This document shows positions 11,501 to 24,384 of a stretch of 46,551 nt of DNA, piece after piece. The position numbers and the translations under genes are program-made. The DNA comes from Octopus bimaculoides. Lineage: Eukaryota. The stretch lies in contig NC_069006.1 of assembly GCF_001194135.2 (NCBI RefSeq), positions 764,517-811,067 on the forward strand, written 5' to 3'. The notes under the pieces were generated by a model. It did no database searches and was not told the origin of the DNA. It was given only the letters and a program-made list of their open reading frames with translations. Position 1 is the first letter of the stretch; each line of letters begins with the position of its first letter.

Positions 11501-11968
11501 TATAACAACATTAATAGTAATAATTGTTAATGATAATTAGTATAAAGACAAACCACTAAATAATCATCCGTAGCAACCATTTTCCGACATCAAAATGACA
11601 GTATTGTATTAATTATCGGCCCAGCAATGCCAAATTACGAGAACATTAATTGATATTAACATTAAAGTGCTAATTCAGGTGAATTATTATTATAGGTATA
11701 TTAACACTAATGAAATATAGGTGGTGGTGGTGGTGGTGGTGATGGAGGTATCAGCTTTTGGGGTTGTGGTAACTGAGTTAAAAGTGCCTTCTGTGATAGC
11801 TATGTATCACCGTGTAGATCAGACTTTAAACATGTTGTGATACACTGCTGGTGAAAATATGCTTCCTAGCATTGTTGTAGCTTTTGCATGATGCCTGCCT
11901 GCTGGTTGGTGTGGGCAGACCACTGCATACACACATATAGACATATGTAAATATTCTACTTGTTTTCA

Positions 11969-12138
11969 GTTCAAACCAGCCAGAGCTGGTCTCTCACACC
12001 TATCCTACAATGTCATTCTAAAAGTAAACAATCAGATCATTCGAAATCTCAGATCTATGAGATAATCCAGGATTAATTCAAAACAATGGAGATAAATAAA
12101 CTTAACATTTGATAAAATATTCTGAACAGTAAAGGGTT
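11969..12138. mobile_element. Probable TTAA/piggyBac-type MITE end
   Basis: Ends ctgaacagtaaagggtt (a CCCTT terminus on the minus strand). The internal sequence matches a repeat recalled from octopus assemblies, but there is only a single copy here. Confidence 0.35.
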
Positions 12139-12333
12139 CTCAGGGACATTCAGTGTTGTCTGAAGATGGGACAAGGATGGCTCTTTATAAGAAAACAGGT
12201 ACTACTCATTTTTGCCAGGTGAGTAGACTGCTGCAATGTGAAATAAAGGACACAATGCACCGCTGGGGATGGAACTCACGACCTGATGATCGTGAGCCAA
12301 AACACTCCTAACCACTAAGCTACACACTTTCAC
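12136..12333 (-). mobile_element. SINE family C, 5' part with tRNA-like head
   Basis: Minus strand: A-box tagcttagtggttagg, B-box-like gagttccatccc, then cagtctactcacctggcaaaaatgagtagtacctg. Its 12136-12185 end aligns with 46066-46112. Confidence 0.75.
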
Positions 12334-13299
12334 ATATATGTGTAATAAGATAAAAGTATAAACAAACAAAATAACTGGTATCGAGTTAGATTATAATACT
12401 TATGGCCGAGTTGGTGCATGAGAAGGAAGGAAATAAGGTGTGTAGAATTTCTTTTACAACTGTTTCGAGAACAGAAGCACAAGTGTTATATGATGTGCAA
12501 AACAAGAAGTTGCTATTCATATAGCAGCAATCTACTGCATTGTCAGAAGGAGAATGAGATAGAATTTCAGTAAGAAATGGTGGTTTACTATTATTGTGGA
12601 GTACAGAGTAAGATATGTACCTATTTCTTTCTGTCATTAGATGTGGCATTACTTGAATTATATATGTATATTAATCGAAGTATAAATCCACTAAAGCCAA
12701 TTTTCCATAGGATGTTAGGTGATCAGACTATTATTAAAGAACTATACTCATCAGAGTGGCTGATATGGCAAAAAATAGCAGCTGCTCTTCGTTACTGGCC
12801 ATGAGGGAGTGTCACGTGCAGTTTGTGGGTTTTGTGAAAGAGATGAAACAAAGTTGTGGCAGGTAACTAAGTGATGAGATTTCATCAACAGTTATGTCCC
12901 TTGTCCAAAAGATGTTGCATGTAAATGGTGACTACCAGTAAAAGTGATGCTTAGATTGGGTGGGGGGATGATAAGTGTAAGAGAGTTTTGGAGAGGGAGA
13001 AGAATTGGACAGGTGCCTAAACCTTTAAATTCGCATATGGGGGTATAGGCATATGCGAGTTTGTGAGTGTATGGTTTGGTGTGGTTAGAATTTTGCATGA
13101 CTCTTAGGTTGCGATAGTGGAAGGACCAATGGTGGAGGCCCTAGCATTTATAATTACAATGGAGCCCATAGGTAAGTGATTATATATTTTCTCTCATGTA
13201 GGCACAAGTAGAAAAGCTTGCTCTTGCAGTTTAGGTTAGATTCCAGGCGAAGTGAGTTCTTTTAATATAAATCTTTTCTTGGACAGGCATTGCACTCAC

Positions 13300-13308
13300 A
13301 TTCGACTC
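13300..13308 (-). other. Candidate 9-nt micro-exon
   Basis: gggctttccttttgcag|GAGTCGAAT|gtgagt. Confidence 0.35.
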
Positions 13309-13699
13309 CTGCAAAAGGAAAGCCCATCATGGCGGCAGCAGCAGCACTAACTTTGGTAAGGAGACAACAGTCTAGTGGCAGCTTATTTCAGTCTTCACTA
13401 TGACTAAAGGTGCAGTTCAACATTCTGCAAGATTAGCCTGGATTATTGGCGTTGTCGATGGTGGGGTGTTGAGGTGCTGGGAGGGGGGGGCGGATGCAGA
13501 GGACGTTTTTCACATCAAAGGCTTTATTAGATGAATAGTAATAATGAAAGCATCAGTGTGGCACAAATGTTGTTGTTGTTGTTGCTGTTTTAAGTGGTGG
13601 TGGTGCTGGAGGCAATATTGTAATTGTTGTTCTCATTCCTGTTAATGTGGTGGTCATGTCATCGATTAGGCACCCCCTTCCCCCTCATCAATTCTGATT

Positions 13700-13888
13700 T
13701 ATGTTAGCTTATGATGATCAAAAGGCACTTCCTACCAAGACCCATCTTGCCTCTTGAAGGATATCTAACACATTATCTAACGTAACCTTCCTTTTTGAAG
13801 ACGGTATACTGTAATTTCAAAGAATTTGGCTGTTATTTCTAGCAGGTTGTATGAACACATAGAGCCACCGTCGTTCATCGTTGGCTCA
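13700..13888 (+). repeat. Dispersed unclassified repeat family D (also ~21962-22170, ~23225-23350, ~32932-32972)
   Basis: Shared motif (ga)tttggctg(c/t)t(a/g)(t/c)ttctagc followed by ..cacatagag in several copies, all on the + strand. Confidence 0.55.
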
Positions 13889-14042
13889 AAAAATGGTACT
13901 GGTGATCCTGCTGAGGGCAGTAGTTAGTAATGCTGATGATGATGGCAGTGGTAATGGTGGTGGACAAGGCGGTAGTGATCATGATTGGGTTCACAAAGAT
14001 AGCTGGAGTTAGTGTGTATAGGTTTGGTTGTGTGTGTGTATG

Positions 14043-14116
<74 letters not shown>

Positions 14117-15542
14117 AGGTGGGGGGTTAGGGTGTATATGTATATTTGGTTAAGGAATATATATATGCATAAATGTTTATGGAGAGTGCATGTGTATATA
14201 TATATCTATATATGTGTATGTGTGTAAGTATATGCATATGTTTATATGTGTGTATATATGTATGAATGTGTATATATGTGTGTATCTATGCCTCTGTGTG
14301 TGTGTATATATATACACATACATACATAGAAGGGAGGCATGCACTAATGTAATGGTATATGAAGGAGAGGTGAGAGGAAAAGAAAAGAGGAGCGGGGGGA
14401 AGCTTGAGACAGAGAGGCTGAGGGGGAAGGATAAGCGGGGACGGAGTGGAGGAGATGGGTGTAGAGGAAAATGTTAGATGTGAGATGAAAGAGACGAAGA
14501 TTAGAGGAAACAAATAATGGAAGATTAACCAGAATCGTTGATTTATACATATTTAACTATGCGTGTACATACATACGTATACATATGGGTATATGTACGT
14601 ATATATATATATGTGTGTGTATGTGTATATATATATGTATATATATATGTATACATATATATGTATATTTATGATGNNNNNNNNNNNNNNNNNNNNNNNN
14701 NNNNNNNNNNNNNNNNNNNNNNNNNNNNNNNNNNNNNNNNNNNNNNNNNNNNNNNNNNNNNNNNNNNNNNNNNNNNNNNNNNNNNNNNNNNNNNNNNNNN
14801 NNNNNNNNNNNNNNNNNNNNNNNNNNNNNNATACCTACTCCTACAGCCTTTTGATATATGGTAAATTAAATGTGTATCTTTCTCTATATATTTACATTAA
14901 TATCTGTATTTATCTGTATACAAACACACACATATATATAGACACACATGTATACATATGTGTGTGTGTTTGCATGTACATACATACATGCATATGGAAT
15001 GTGTATGTGTATACAAATATATATATATATAGAAGCATGTATGAGTATATGCATATATATGTATATGTTGATATATATATGCTTATTTAAACATATATAC
15101 CTATGTATATATGTAAATATATATACATACATACACACACATACATAGAAATATATCTAAATATATACATATCTATATATATATATGCATGCACGCACAC
15201 GCACACATAGAAATATATCTAAATATATACATATATATATATATGCACGCACACACATGCCCATCAAATATATTTAAGCCTTTATATATTTACTCTGACC
15301 TTCACCCTCAAACTCCCCACCCCCTCTTCCTCTGTGACCTTATCATTACCCCGCACCCCACTACACCATGCACCCCCCCATATCAACACAATAGCCACTC
15401 TGGACAGACTATTGGTCTCTTCATCTTCAGGGTACACCACGACATCAACCACAACCACTATCATCATCATCATCATCACTTCTATATTTACCCTAGTATC
15501 GCTATTCTCATATGTGTGTGTGTGTACGTATATAAATGTGTA

Positions 15543-15580
<38 letters not shown>

Positions 15581-15681
15581 CATACGTGTGTGCATATGAA
15601 TATGTATACATACATAAAAGTATATATGTATATGTACACATGTATATGTACACATGTATATGTGAGCTACAAGTGTGTATA

Positions 15682-15728
<47 letters not shown>

Positions 15729-15957
15729 TTGTGTATGTACATGTGTGAATATATACATATATTATACTTATTTGTGTATATATATATGTGTGTGTGTGCT
15801 TGTGTATTTATAAATCCATGCCAGCATGGAGAATTGGCTTTAAATAATGTTGATACACACACACGGGGACACACACGGACACACACACGGGGACACACAC
15901 GGGGACACACACACACATATTGAGTTGGAATTTACAAAAAAATTATATATAAAAAAG

Positions 15958-15989
<32 letters not shown>

Positions 15990-16034
15990 AGAGAAATGTT
16001 ACAAAAACAAAATAGAAACTACACGTGGAAATGT

Positions 16035-16075
<41 letters not shown>

Positions 16076-16102
16076 GTATGTATCTATGTATATGTATACA
16101 TA

Positions 16103-16142
16103 TCATCATCATCATCATCATCGTTTAACGTCCGCTTTCCAT
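16103..16142 (-). mobile_element. RTE 3' terminus running into an N-gap
   Basis: (cat)n cgtttaacgtccgctttccat followed by Ns. Confidence 0.75.
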
Positions 16143-16595
16143 NNNNNNNNNNNNNNNNNNNNNNNNNNNNNNNNNNNNNNNNNNNNNNNNNNNNNNNNNN
16201 NNNNNNNNNNNNNNNNNNNNNNNNNNNNNNNNNNNNNNNNNNNNNNNNNNNNNNNNNNNNNNNNNNNNNNNNNNNNNNNNNNNNNNNNNNNNNNNNNNNN
16301 NNNNNNNNNNNNNNNNNNNNNNNNNNNNNNNNNNNNNNNNNNNNNNNNNNNNNNNNNNNNNNNNNNNNNNNNNNNNNNNNNNNNNNNNNNNNNNNNNNNN
16401 NNNNNNNNNNNNNNNNNNNNNNNNNNNNNNNNNNNNNNNNNNNNNNNNNNNNNNNNNNNNNNNNNNNNNNNNNNNNNNNNNNNNNNNNNNNNNNNNNNNN
16501 NNNNNNNNNNNNNNNNNNNNNNNNNNNNNNNNNNNNNNNNNNNNNNNNNNNNNNNNNNNNNNNNNNNNNNNNNNNNNNNNNNACATATATATATA

Positions 16596-17595
16596 TGTTT
16601 ATTCATCATAGTCCCCCAGACAATAGCAGAGGAATTCAAAACAGATTGCCCCTGGGAGCTCCTCTATGCTGATGACCTGGGCCTCATAGCAGAAACACTA
16701 CCGGAACTAGACAAGAAATTTCGGGCGTGGAAGCAAGGTTTAGAATCAAAAGACCTTAGAGTCAATGTAGCAAAAACCAAAGTTCTAGTAAGTAAGAAGG
16801 CGAACTCATCACACACCCCCTCAGGTAGATGGCCCTGCTCGATCTGTAGAAAAGGTGTAGGTAGAAACTCCATAAGATGCACCCAGTTTAAGCTATGGAT
16901 ACACAAGAGGTGCAGCAACATCAAAGGAAGATCAACTGGGAAGATAGCTTTCGTGTGCGGCAGATGCACAGGGGCAATAAACACCACAGATGCTCAGGAA
17001 ACAGATTCCATCACACTCCAGGGGGAGAAACTAGAAGTAGTTGATAGCTTCCCTTTCCAAGGTGACCAAGTCTGTAGTGGGGGTGGATGCTCAGAGAGTG
17101 TTACCACTAGAATAAGAATAGCCTGGGCAAAGTTTAGAAAACTTCTACCCCTACTGGTGACAAAGGTAGACTGTATGATGTCTGTGTGCAAACTGCCATG
17201 CTTCATGGCAGTGAGACATGGGTCGTGACTGTGGAGGACATGCGTAAGCTTGAAAGAAATGAAGCTAGCATGATCCGCTGGATGTGTAATGTCAGTGTGC
17301 GCACACGACAGAGTGTAAGTGTCATGAGAGAAATGTTGGACATAAGAAGCATCAGATGTGGCATGTAAGAGAGACATTGGCGTGGTACGGTCAAGTACTA
17401 CGGATGGACGAGGAGAGCTGTGTGAAGAAGTGCCACTCCCAAACAGTGGAAGGAATCCGGGGTAGAGGGAGACCCAGGAAGACATGGGATGAGGTGGTCA
17501 AGCATGGCCTTCGAACGTTGGGCCCCACAGAGGCAATGGCGAAAGACCGAGTCCTCTGGAGATATGCTGTGACTGCAAAGACCCGGCAAATAAAG
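16596..17595 (+). pseudogene. 5'-truncated RTE-clade non-LTR retrotransposon ORF2 (RT C-terminal half, PHD-type finger, C-terminal domain)
   Basis: WELLYADDL catalytic motif, LRVNVAKTKVLV, EKLEVVDSF..GD, RIRIAWAKFRKLLPLL, AMLHGSETW, WYGQVLRMDE, GRGRPRKTWDEVVK, DRVLWRYAV. Frameshifts at ~17165 and ~17375 and an in-frame TAA at 17366-17368. Confidence 0.93.
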
Positions 17596-18149
17596 TTAGT
17601 TCATGGCTCTATCCTACACCAGTTTTGCATAACCAGCCCCAGCCCATTCAAAAGTACCTTGGATTGTAGGGCGACTTGCTGTGCTTGAGGAGACCTATTG
17701 AGTCAAGTACATCAACATCAAAATGAAAACCAAATGAAAATTGTAATTGTGATACCTGTGCCGGTGGCACGTAAAAAGCACCATCCAAACGTGGCTGATG
17801 TCAACGCCACTTTGACTGGCTTCTGTGCTGGCGGCACATAAACAGCACCAACCGATAGTGGACATAGCCAGCCTCCTCTGGCTACCGTGCTGGTGGCACA
17901 TCAAAAGTACCCGTACATAAAAACACATCCATGCTGGTGCTGTGTAAATGCACGCATACAAGTGGCACATGGAAAGCACACACTGTAAAATGGTTGGTGT
18001 TAGGAAGGGCATCCAGCTGCAGAAACCATGTCACAGCAGACATTTGGAGTCTGGACTGCTACCAGCTGGCCAGTACCATGTCAGACCATCCAACCCATGC
18101 CAGCATGGGAAACAGATGTTAAATGAGGATGATGATGATGATGATGATG
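16596..18149 (+). mobile_element. RTE LINE 3' portion (ORF2 remnant, structured 3' UTR, (GAT)n tail)
   Basis: The ORF2 remnant is followed by a UTR ending ccaacccatgccagcatgg...gttaaatga(gat)n. The same terminus recurs in several other copies in the window. Confidence 0.9.
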
Positions 18150-18439
18150 TATATGAGTAACTGTGTATATGTGTCTGTGCGTACCTTTGTACAGCCATCA
18201 CGTGGTGTTTATAAACGAGCATCATTGTCATACAAGCGATGTCCATTTCCAGTTTTCCATTAACAACATGTCTGGACAGAGGGAAACGTCACCTTCCTTG
18301 GGAAACAGCTGAGGGTTGGAAACAGGAAGGACATCAACGCATAGAAATTCTGCCTCAACAAAGTCGCAAACTGTAGCGCAGCCCCACCCGAGCTGGAGGC
18401 ATGAGAAAGCTCTCAGGTCACACACAGTAAAGTGGTTTG

Positions 18440-18590
18440 TGTTGGGAAGAGCAGTCAACCGTGGAAGCGATGCCAAAGTAGACACTGGTGCATGATGCAG
18501 GCCTTCACCATATCAGCAGATCCTGTCAAGCTGTCTGACCCATACCAGCACAAAACATGGACAGTAAAAGATGATGATGATGATGATGAT
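18440..18590 (+). mobile_element. Diverged RTE 3' end
   Basis: ctgtcaagctgtctgacccataccagcac...ggacagtaaaa(gat)n. Confidence 0.6.
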
Positions 18591-19728
18591 ACGTTTTGCC
18601 GGTGGTGGTGAATTTGCCATTTAAAGGAGAGAGAATCGCTTCTCAGTTAAAGTTGAACTGCATGTTTAGATTTTAATTTTAAAATCCTTTAATTCTTTTT
18701 TCCTGAATTTTTCAAATTTTAAAGGTAAATTACGGACAACCCATGCCACTATAGAACATAGGACCCAGCATGAAATATGAGTGTTGTGTAGAGATGAAAG
18801 AGTTTCCTGCTTATCCACTGCCCTCTGCTCATTACCCTTTCATCCACCACCACCACCACCCATGTGGTCTCCATTTCATTACATCACCTGTGCACACCAG
18901 CCTAATGAGAAGCAACACCTGACCCATTCTTCTTCCTTTTCACCCCACCATCACATCACACTCTTCCTTCACAACACCTGTGTAAGGAGGGGTGGCACAG
19001 ACTCTGTCTATGTTCATTTGTCACCATTCTCCTTCTTTACTAATATCCATAACTCTCACCTCTCCTCCCATGCTTCATCACTCTTTGTTGACATCCTGCA
19101 CACACTTACTCATATCAATCGCTATCAATCGCCTTCCTTTACAATCACCTACGTTCATTCCTATTCCATTATACCAACTATGTTGCTTGTTCTATTCAAT
19201 ATCATTACCAGCAACCTGCATGCAGCTACAACTATTTTATATATGTACATACAAACATATCCCTTCATTTAGTCCATCTTTCCAGGCTAGCATGTATTAG
19301 AAAGGGATTAATTTCAGATAGGATTATAAACCTAGGTGCTCTCACTGTCACCAACCGTAACCTTTTTTTTTTTTTGAAGAGATTTCTTTTCATTCTACAG
19401 AACTTCAAAAGGTCAACAAGGAATGCAAACAACACACAGTAACAACTGAAACTCTTCTATATAAGCATTAACACATGCAGACACACACATACACATATGC
19501 ATATACATATATATATATGTATACTTATGTCTGTGTGTGTGTGCACACGCAAACACATGCCAGAGGATCTCCCCAAACTATACAGCAATATCTAAGCATC
19601 ATCCAAGCCTGATAAGATTATCTTTGAAGGAAAATAACCAATATCAATGTAAATAATCTCCACAAACCATGAATCCACGAATACTTTCCGCTTTGCAAGA
19701 ATGAAGGACAACTCTAAATAATGAGACC

Positions 19729-19807
<79 letters not shown>

Positions 19808-19879
19808 TAGAGTATACATACATGTGTTTACATATATACACATGCACACGCACAAACACACACTCAAACACATGGTGGG

Positions 19880-20010
19880 GTTTTATATATTTTCCACCAA
19901 AAGAGTGGGGTGAAGGTGGGCCACAACAAGACAGTTGACCAAGTGTTATGGAGTGGGATTGAACCTAAATTCACATGGTTGTGAAATAAACTGCTTAACT
20001 GCACAGCCAT
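19880..20010 (-). mobile_element. SINE family A, diverged 5' part
   Basis: gagtgggattgaacctaaattcacatggttgtgaaataaactgcttaactgcacagccat. Confidence 0.6.
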
Positions 20011-20045
20011 AATTACACACACATTACAGCTCCCATGTATATGTA

Positions 20046-20083
<38 letters not shown>

Positions 20084-20354
20084 CACATATATATATACGC
20101 ACATATATGCATGTACGTACATACACAAACACACCACACACATGCATAAACACATACAGGTCACACACATACACACAAGTATGTACATATACATATACAC
20201 ACATGCGTTCATATACACTCACCCATGCTGTAAGATATGAGGAGGCAATGTTCAATAGAGTAGGTTCTTGAGGTCATTGCTTGTAATGATTAATCAACTG
20301 TAGAACATGTCTACTATATACACAGGGATGTATATGCACACATATGTGTGTGTG

Positions 20355-20402
<48 letters not shown>

Positions 20403-20481
20403 TGTGTATACCTATATATGGATGCGTATGCACACACGTGTATGTATATATGTTTATATATCTGTGGATGCATATGCATAC

Positions 20482-20544
<63 letters not shown>

Positions 20545-20700
20545 GGAGAGTATACATACATCTATATATATGCATGATAAATATATACAAAATACAGATA
20601 TGTACATATAATACAAATATACATGTGTAATATATTTGGATGTATAGGAATATATATAGACAATAAATATATATACACTAAATATGTACATACTATATAT

Positions 20701-20744
<44 letters not shown>

Positions 20745-21145
20745 CTGAAAAGATCTTTTGCTCATCAGCAAATGTATGCATATTTACACATAAATATATG
20801 CATCCTCCATCTATTATATATGTGTGTGTGTGTGTATGTATATGTATATGTATACACAGACACACATATATATACATACGTGCACTTGCCTTTGCTGATG
20901 AGCAAAAGTAAAATGAAAATAACCCCCCCAAAAAACACACACAATCTTCTGTACCGCCACCACCACCACCACCACCACCACTGCCCACAAGATATATATT
21001 CTCCCCTCATGTACATCCCCCACATCTATCCAATGCTAATGTACCGTTGGACTGGTGAAGGAATCTCCTTGAAAATCTCCATATTGGTCAGTGAGTGGCC
21101 AGAACAGATATGTTTGGCATGTGTGTGCATATGGAGATTACATAC

Positions 21146-21176
<31 letters not shown>

Positions 21177-22182
21177 CGTACACACAAATATATAAGATGT
21201 ACTCACACAATATACATGCATACATATGTGTTTGTATATGTGCCTATATTGTTATCTCTCTCTCTCTCTCTCTCTCTGTCTAGGTATCTATGTAAATATG
21301 TACAGCCATGTGTGTATATTGAGATATGTGTATATATATATGTGTGTGTGTGTGTGTGTGCAAGTGTCTGTTAAATATGTTGAAGGCCCAAGACGGGTGG
21401 CGTTGGAGGAAAGGTCAAATCTGTGTCTTCTGTCCCCCCCCCCCNNNNNNNNNNNNNNNNNNNNNNNNNNNNNNNNNNNNNNNNNNNNNNNNNNNNNNNN
21501 CCCCCCCCTTCTCCCTTCTCGCTCTCTCTCTCCCTCCCTCCCTCTTCTCCTCTTCGTCCTTCCAGATGGTGGGAGGTGGGAGGTGGTCAGAAGAGTGAAG
21601 GCAACACTCTTTCAGCTGGTCTGCAATCATCTCCTTCCAATTACTGATCCACCACCACCACCGCCACCACACCACTGCCATCATCATCATCACCATTTCT
21701 TAATAACCACTGCTTTCACCAACACCACCAGAGTTACTATCATCACAATAACCACCACCACCACCATCACTACCACCACCATCACTACCACCACCACTCT
21801 AACAGAACCACCACCACCACCACCACCATCATCATAACTATAACAATCACCATAATCCACCACAGCCATCATCATCAGCATAATCAATATCACCCGCACC
21901 ACCACCATCTCCACCACTGCCGCCGCCACCGGTGCTGATTGTAGTGAAAATGGTTGTTCAGTAACCCTAGGTCAGTTCTGATTAAGCAAACTCCATCTAT
22001 GTCTATCACATCTTTTCAATAGGGGTGGGCATATCCTACCGCAACATTCAATCTATCATTGTCTTCTTTTTCCTTATTTTGTTTCCAAGATGAAAGAACC
22101 TGGTAAAATGAGGCAGATTTGGCTGTTGCTTCTAGCAGACGAAGCAACCACATAGAGGTTTGTGTGGTCTTTTTTTTTTAAA

Positions 22183-22552
22183 TCTTTTATTTGTTTCAGT
22201 CATTTGACTGCGGCCATGCTGGAGCACTGCCTTTAGTTGAACAAATCGACCCCAGGACTTATTCTTTGTAAGCCTAGTACTTATTCTAACGGTGTCTTTT
22301 GCTAAACCGCTAAGTTACAGGGATGTAAACACACCAACATCGGTTGTCAAGCAATGGGGGAGGGGACAAACACAGATACACAAATATACATATATATATC
22401 TACGACGGGCTTCTTTCAGTTTCCATCTACCAAATCCACTCACAAGGTTTTGGTTGGCCCAAGGCACTTGCCCAAGGTGCCACATAGTAGGACCGAACCT
22501 GGAACCATGTGGTTGGTAAGCAAGCTACTTACCACACAGCCACTCCTGCGCC
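22183..22552 (-). mobile_element. SINE family A, near full length
   Basis: From the tail ttgtttcagtcatttgactgcggccatgctggagcactgcc to the head accacacagccactcctgcgcc, with a small internal deletion. Confidence 0.92.
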
Positions 22553-22557
22553 TATAT

Positions 22558-22924
22558 CTTCTAAGTTTTACTTGTTTCGGTCATTAGACTGCGGCCATGC
22601 TGGGGCATAGCCTTGAAGAATTTTTAGTCAACTGAATCGACCCCCAGTACATATTTTCTTTTTGAAGCCTGGTACTTGTTCTATCAGTCTCTACTGCTGA
22701 ATCGCTAAGTTATGGGGATGTAAGCACCTGTTGTGAAGCGGTGGGTGGGTGGGGGTAGACAAATACAGATATGAAGTCACAGACACATGCAAATTATACA
22801 TATGTGTGTGTGTGTGTGAGTGTATGTGTGTCTGTGTATATATATATGTGTATGTGAGTATATATGTTTGTGTGTGTGTGTGAATGTATATGTATATGTA
22901 TATATGTGTGTGAGTGTGTGTATA

Positions 22925-22958
<34 letters not shown>

Positions 22959-23121
22959 GGATGGGCTTCTTTCAGTTTCCGTCTATCAGATCCACTCACC
23001 ATTCTTTGGTCGGCTCGAGGCTATAGTAGAAGATACTTGCACAAGGTGCCACACAGTGGGACTGAGCCAGGAACCGTGTGGTTGGGAAGCAAGCTTCTTA
23101 CCACACAGCCACACCTGCCCC
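22558..23121 (-). mobile_element. SINE family A, full length with an expanded internal microsatellite
   Basis: Same domains as the adjacent copy, with an ~170 bp (TG/TA)n insert at ~22790-22960. Confidence 0.9.
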
Positions 23122-23729
23122 TGGTGTATTATGCTTTGCGATTTGAGTGGAGGTGGTGGTGGTGGTGGCATTTTCAGGGGTAGCGAAGAATCATCTGTGG
23201 TGCTGTGTGAAATCCAGGGGTTGTGTTGTCGTGTATCTAGGAATACATTATGTAATTTGTCCTTCAACATATAACAAAACGATAAGAATGTATGGCCCTG
23301 AGAGAAGTTTGGCTGCTATTTCTAGCGGACTGAACAAATACACAGAAGCAACATGGTGTGTTGTGGAGGAAATTTTGCTTTGGATGGTGATGAAGAATTT
23401 CTCTTTGGGGTATTGTGGTGTGGATCTGAGGGTGGGGGGTTGTGATTGCGGGGACAGAAATATTCTGATGGTGGTGGTGGTGGTGGTGATGGTAGCAGTG
23501 GTGGTGCATGGTCTATACTAACGATCAGCTGATGGTAATGCAGTAGCAGCGTGACGATAGCGACGGCGTTACCAGAATCACCACCACCAACAACAACAAC
23601 AACGGCGGCAGCAGCAGCAGCTGGTCGGAACCAGAAATAATCAACAGAACTGAAGAAATAATCATAATCTTAATTCATCTTAATCTTGTAAGATGCCTAA
23701 AATATTACATACTTCTGTACACACACATC

Positions 23730-23770
<41 letters not shown>

Positions 23771-24034
23771 ATTTATATAAAATCACACATATATATAAAA
23801 ATACTATATATGTATTTATATATATAAAACTATATATTTATACATACATATATATACATATATATATACATACATATATATATACATACATATATAAAAC
23901 TATATATATGCATATATATATACATATATAAAACTATATATATGCATATATATATACATATATAAAACTATATACATATAAATATACAACTATATACATA
24001 TACATACAACTATATATATATAAAACTATATACA

Positions 24035-24076
<42 letters not shown>

Positions 24077-24384
24077 TAAAACATATATATATGCATACAT
24101 AAAACTATATATATACATATATATGAAACTATGCACACACACACACACACACATATGCATACACCTATACATGTGTGTGGGTGTGTGCGTGTATTTATCA
24201 TTGTTATCATTGTTTACATATGTACATATATCATCCTTTCGTTTGTTTTTCATGCTCAGGTTTTACAAATGAGAAAAATAGAATTCACTATTTACAGAGA
24301 AGAGCATTTATTTATTTAGTTTTGTTTTGTTATTTGCTAAAAAAAAACAAAAACTACAGCGACTCCATACTTTACAAATGTGGA

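Noticed and set aside
12250-12333. tRNA gene
   Set aside because: A/B boxes are present but continue into a SINE body, and no complete cloverleaf could be drawn. The same applies to SINE-A and SINE-B heads.
17758-17985. CRISPR-like repeat-spacer pattern in the RTE UTR
   Set aside because: The spacers are homologous to each other, so this is a degenerate tandem repeat within a LINE UTR.
20223-20227. 5-nt micro-exon (cttacag|CATGG|gtgagt, minus strand)
   Set aside because: It is frame-shifting and the donor derives from a degenerate (TG)n tract, so it is probably chance.
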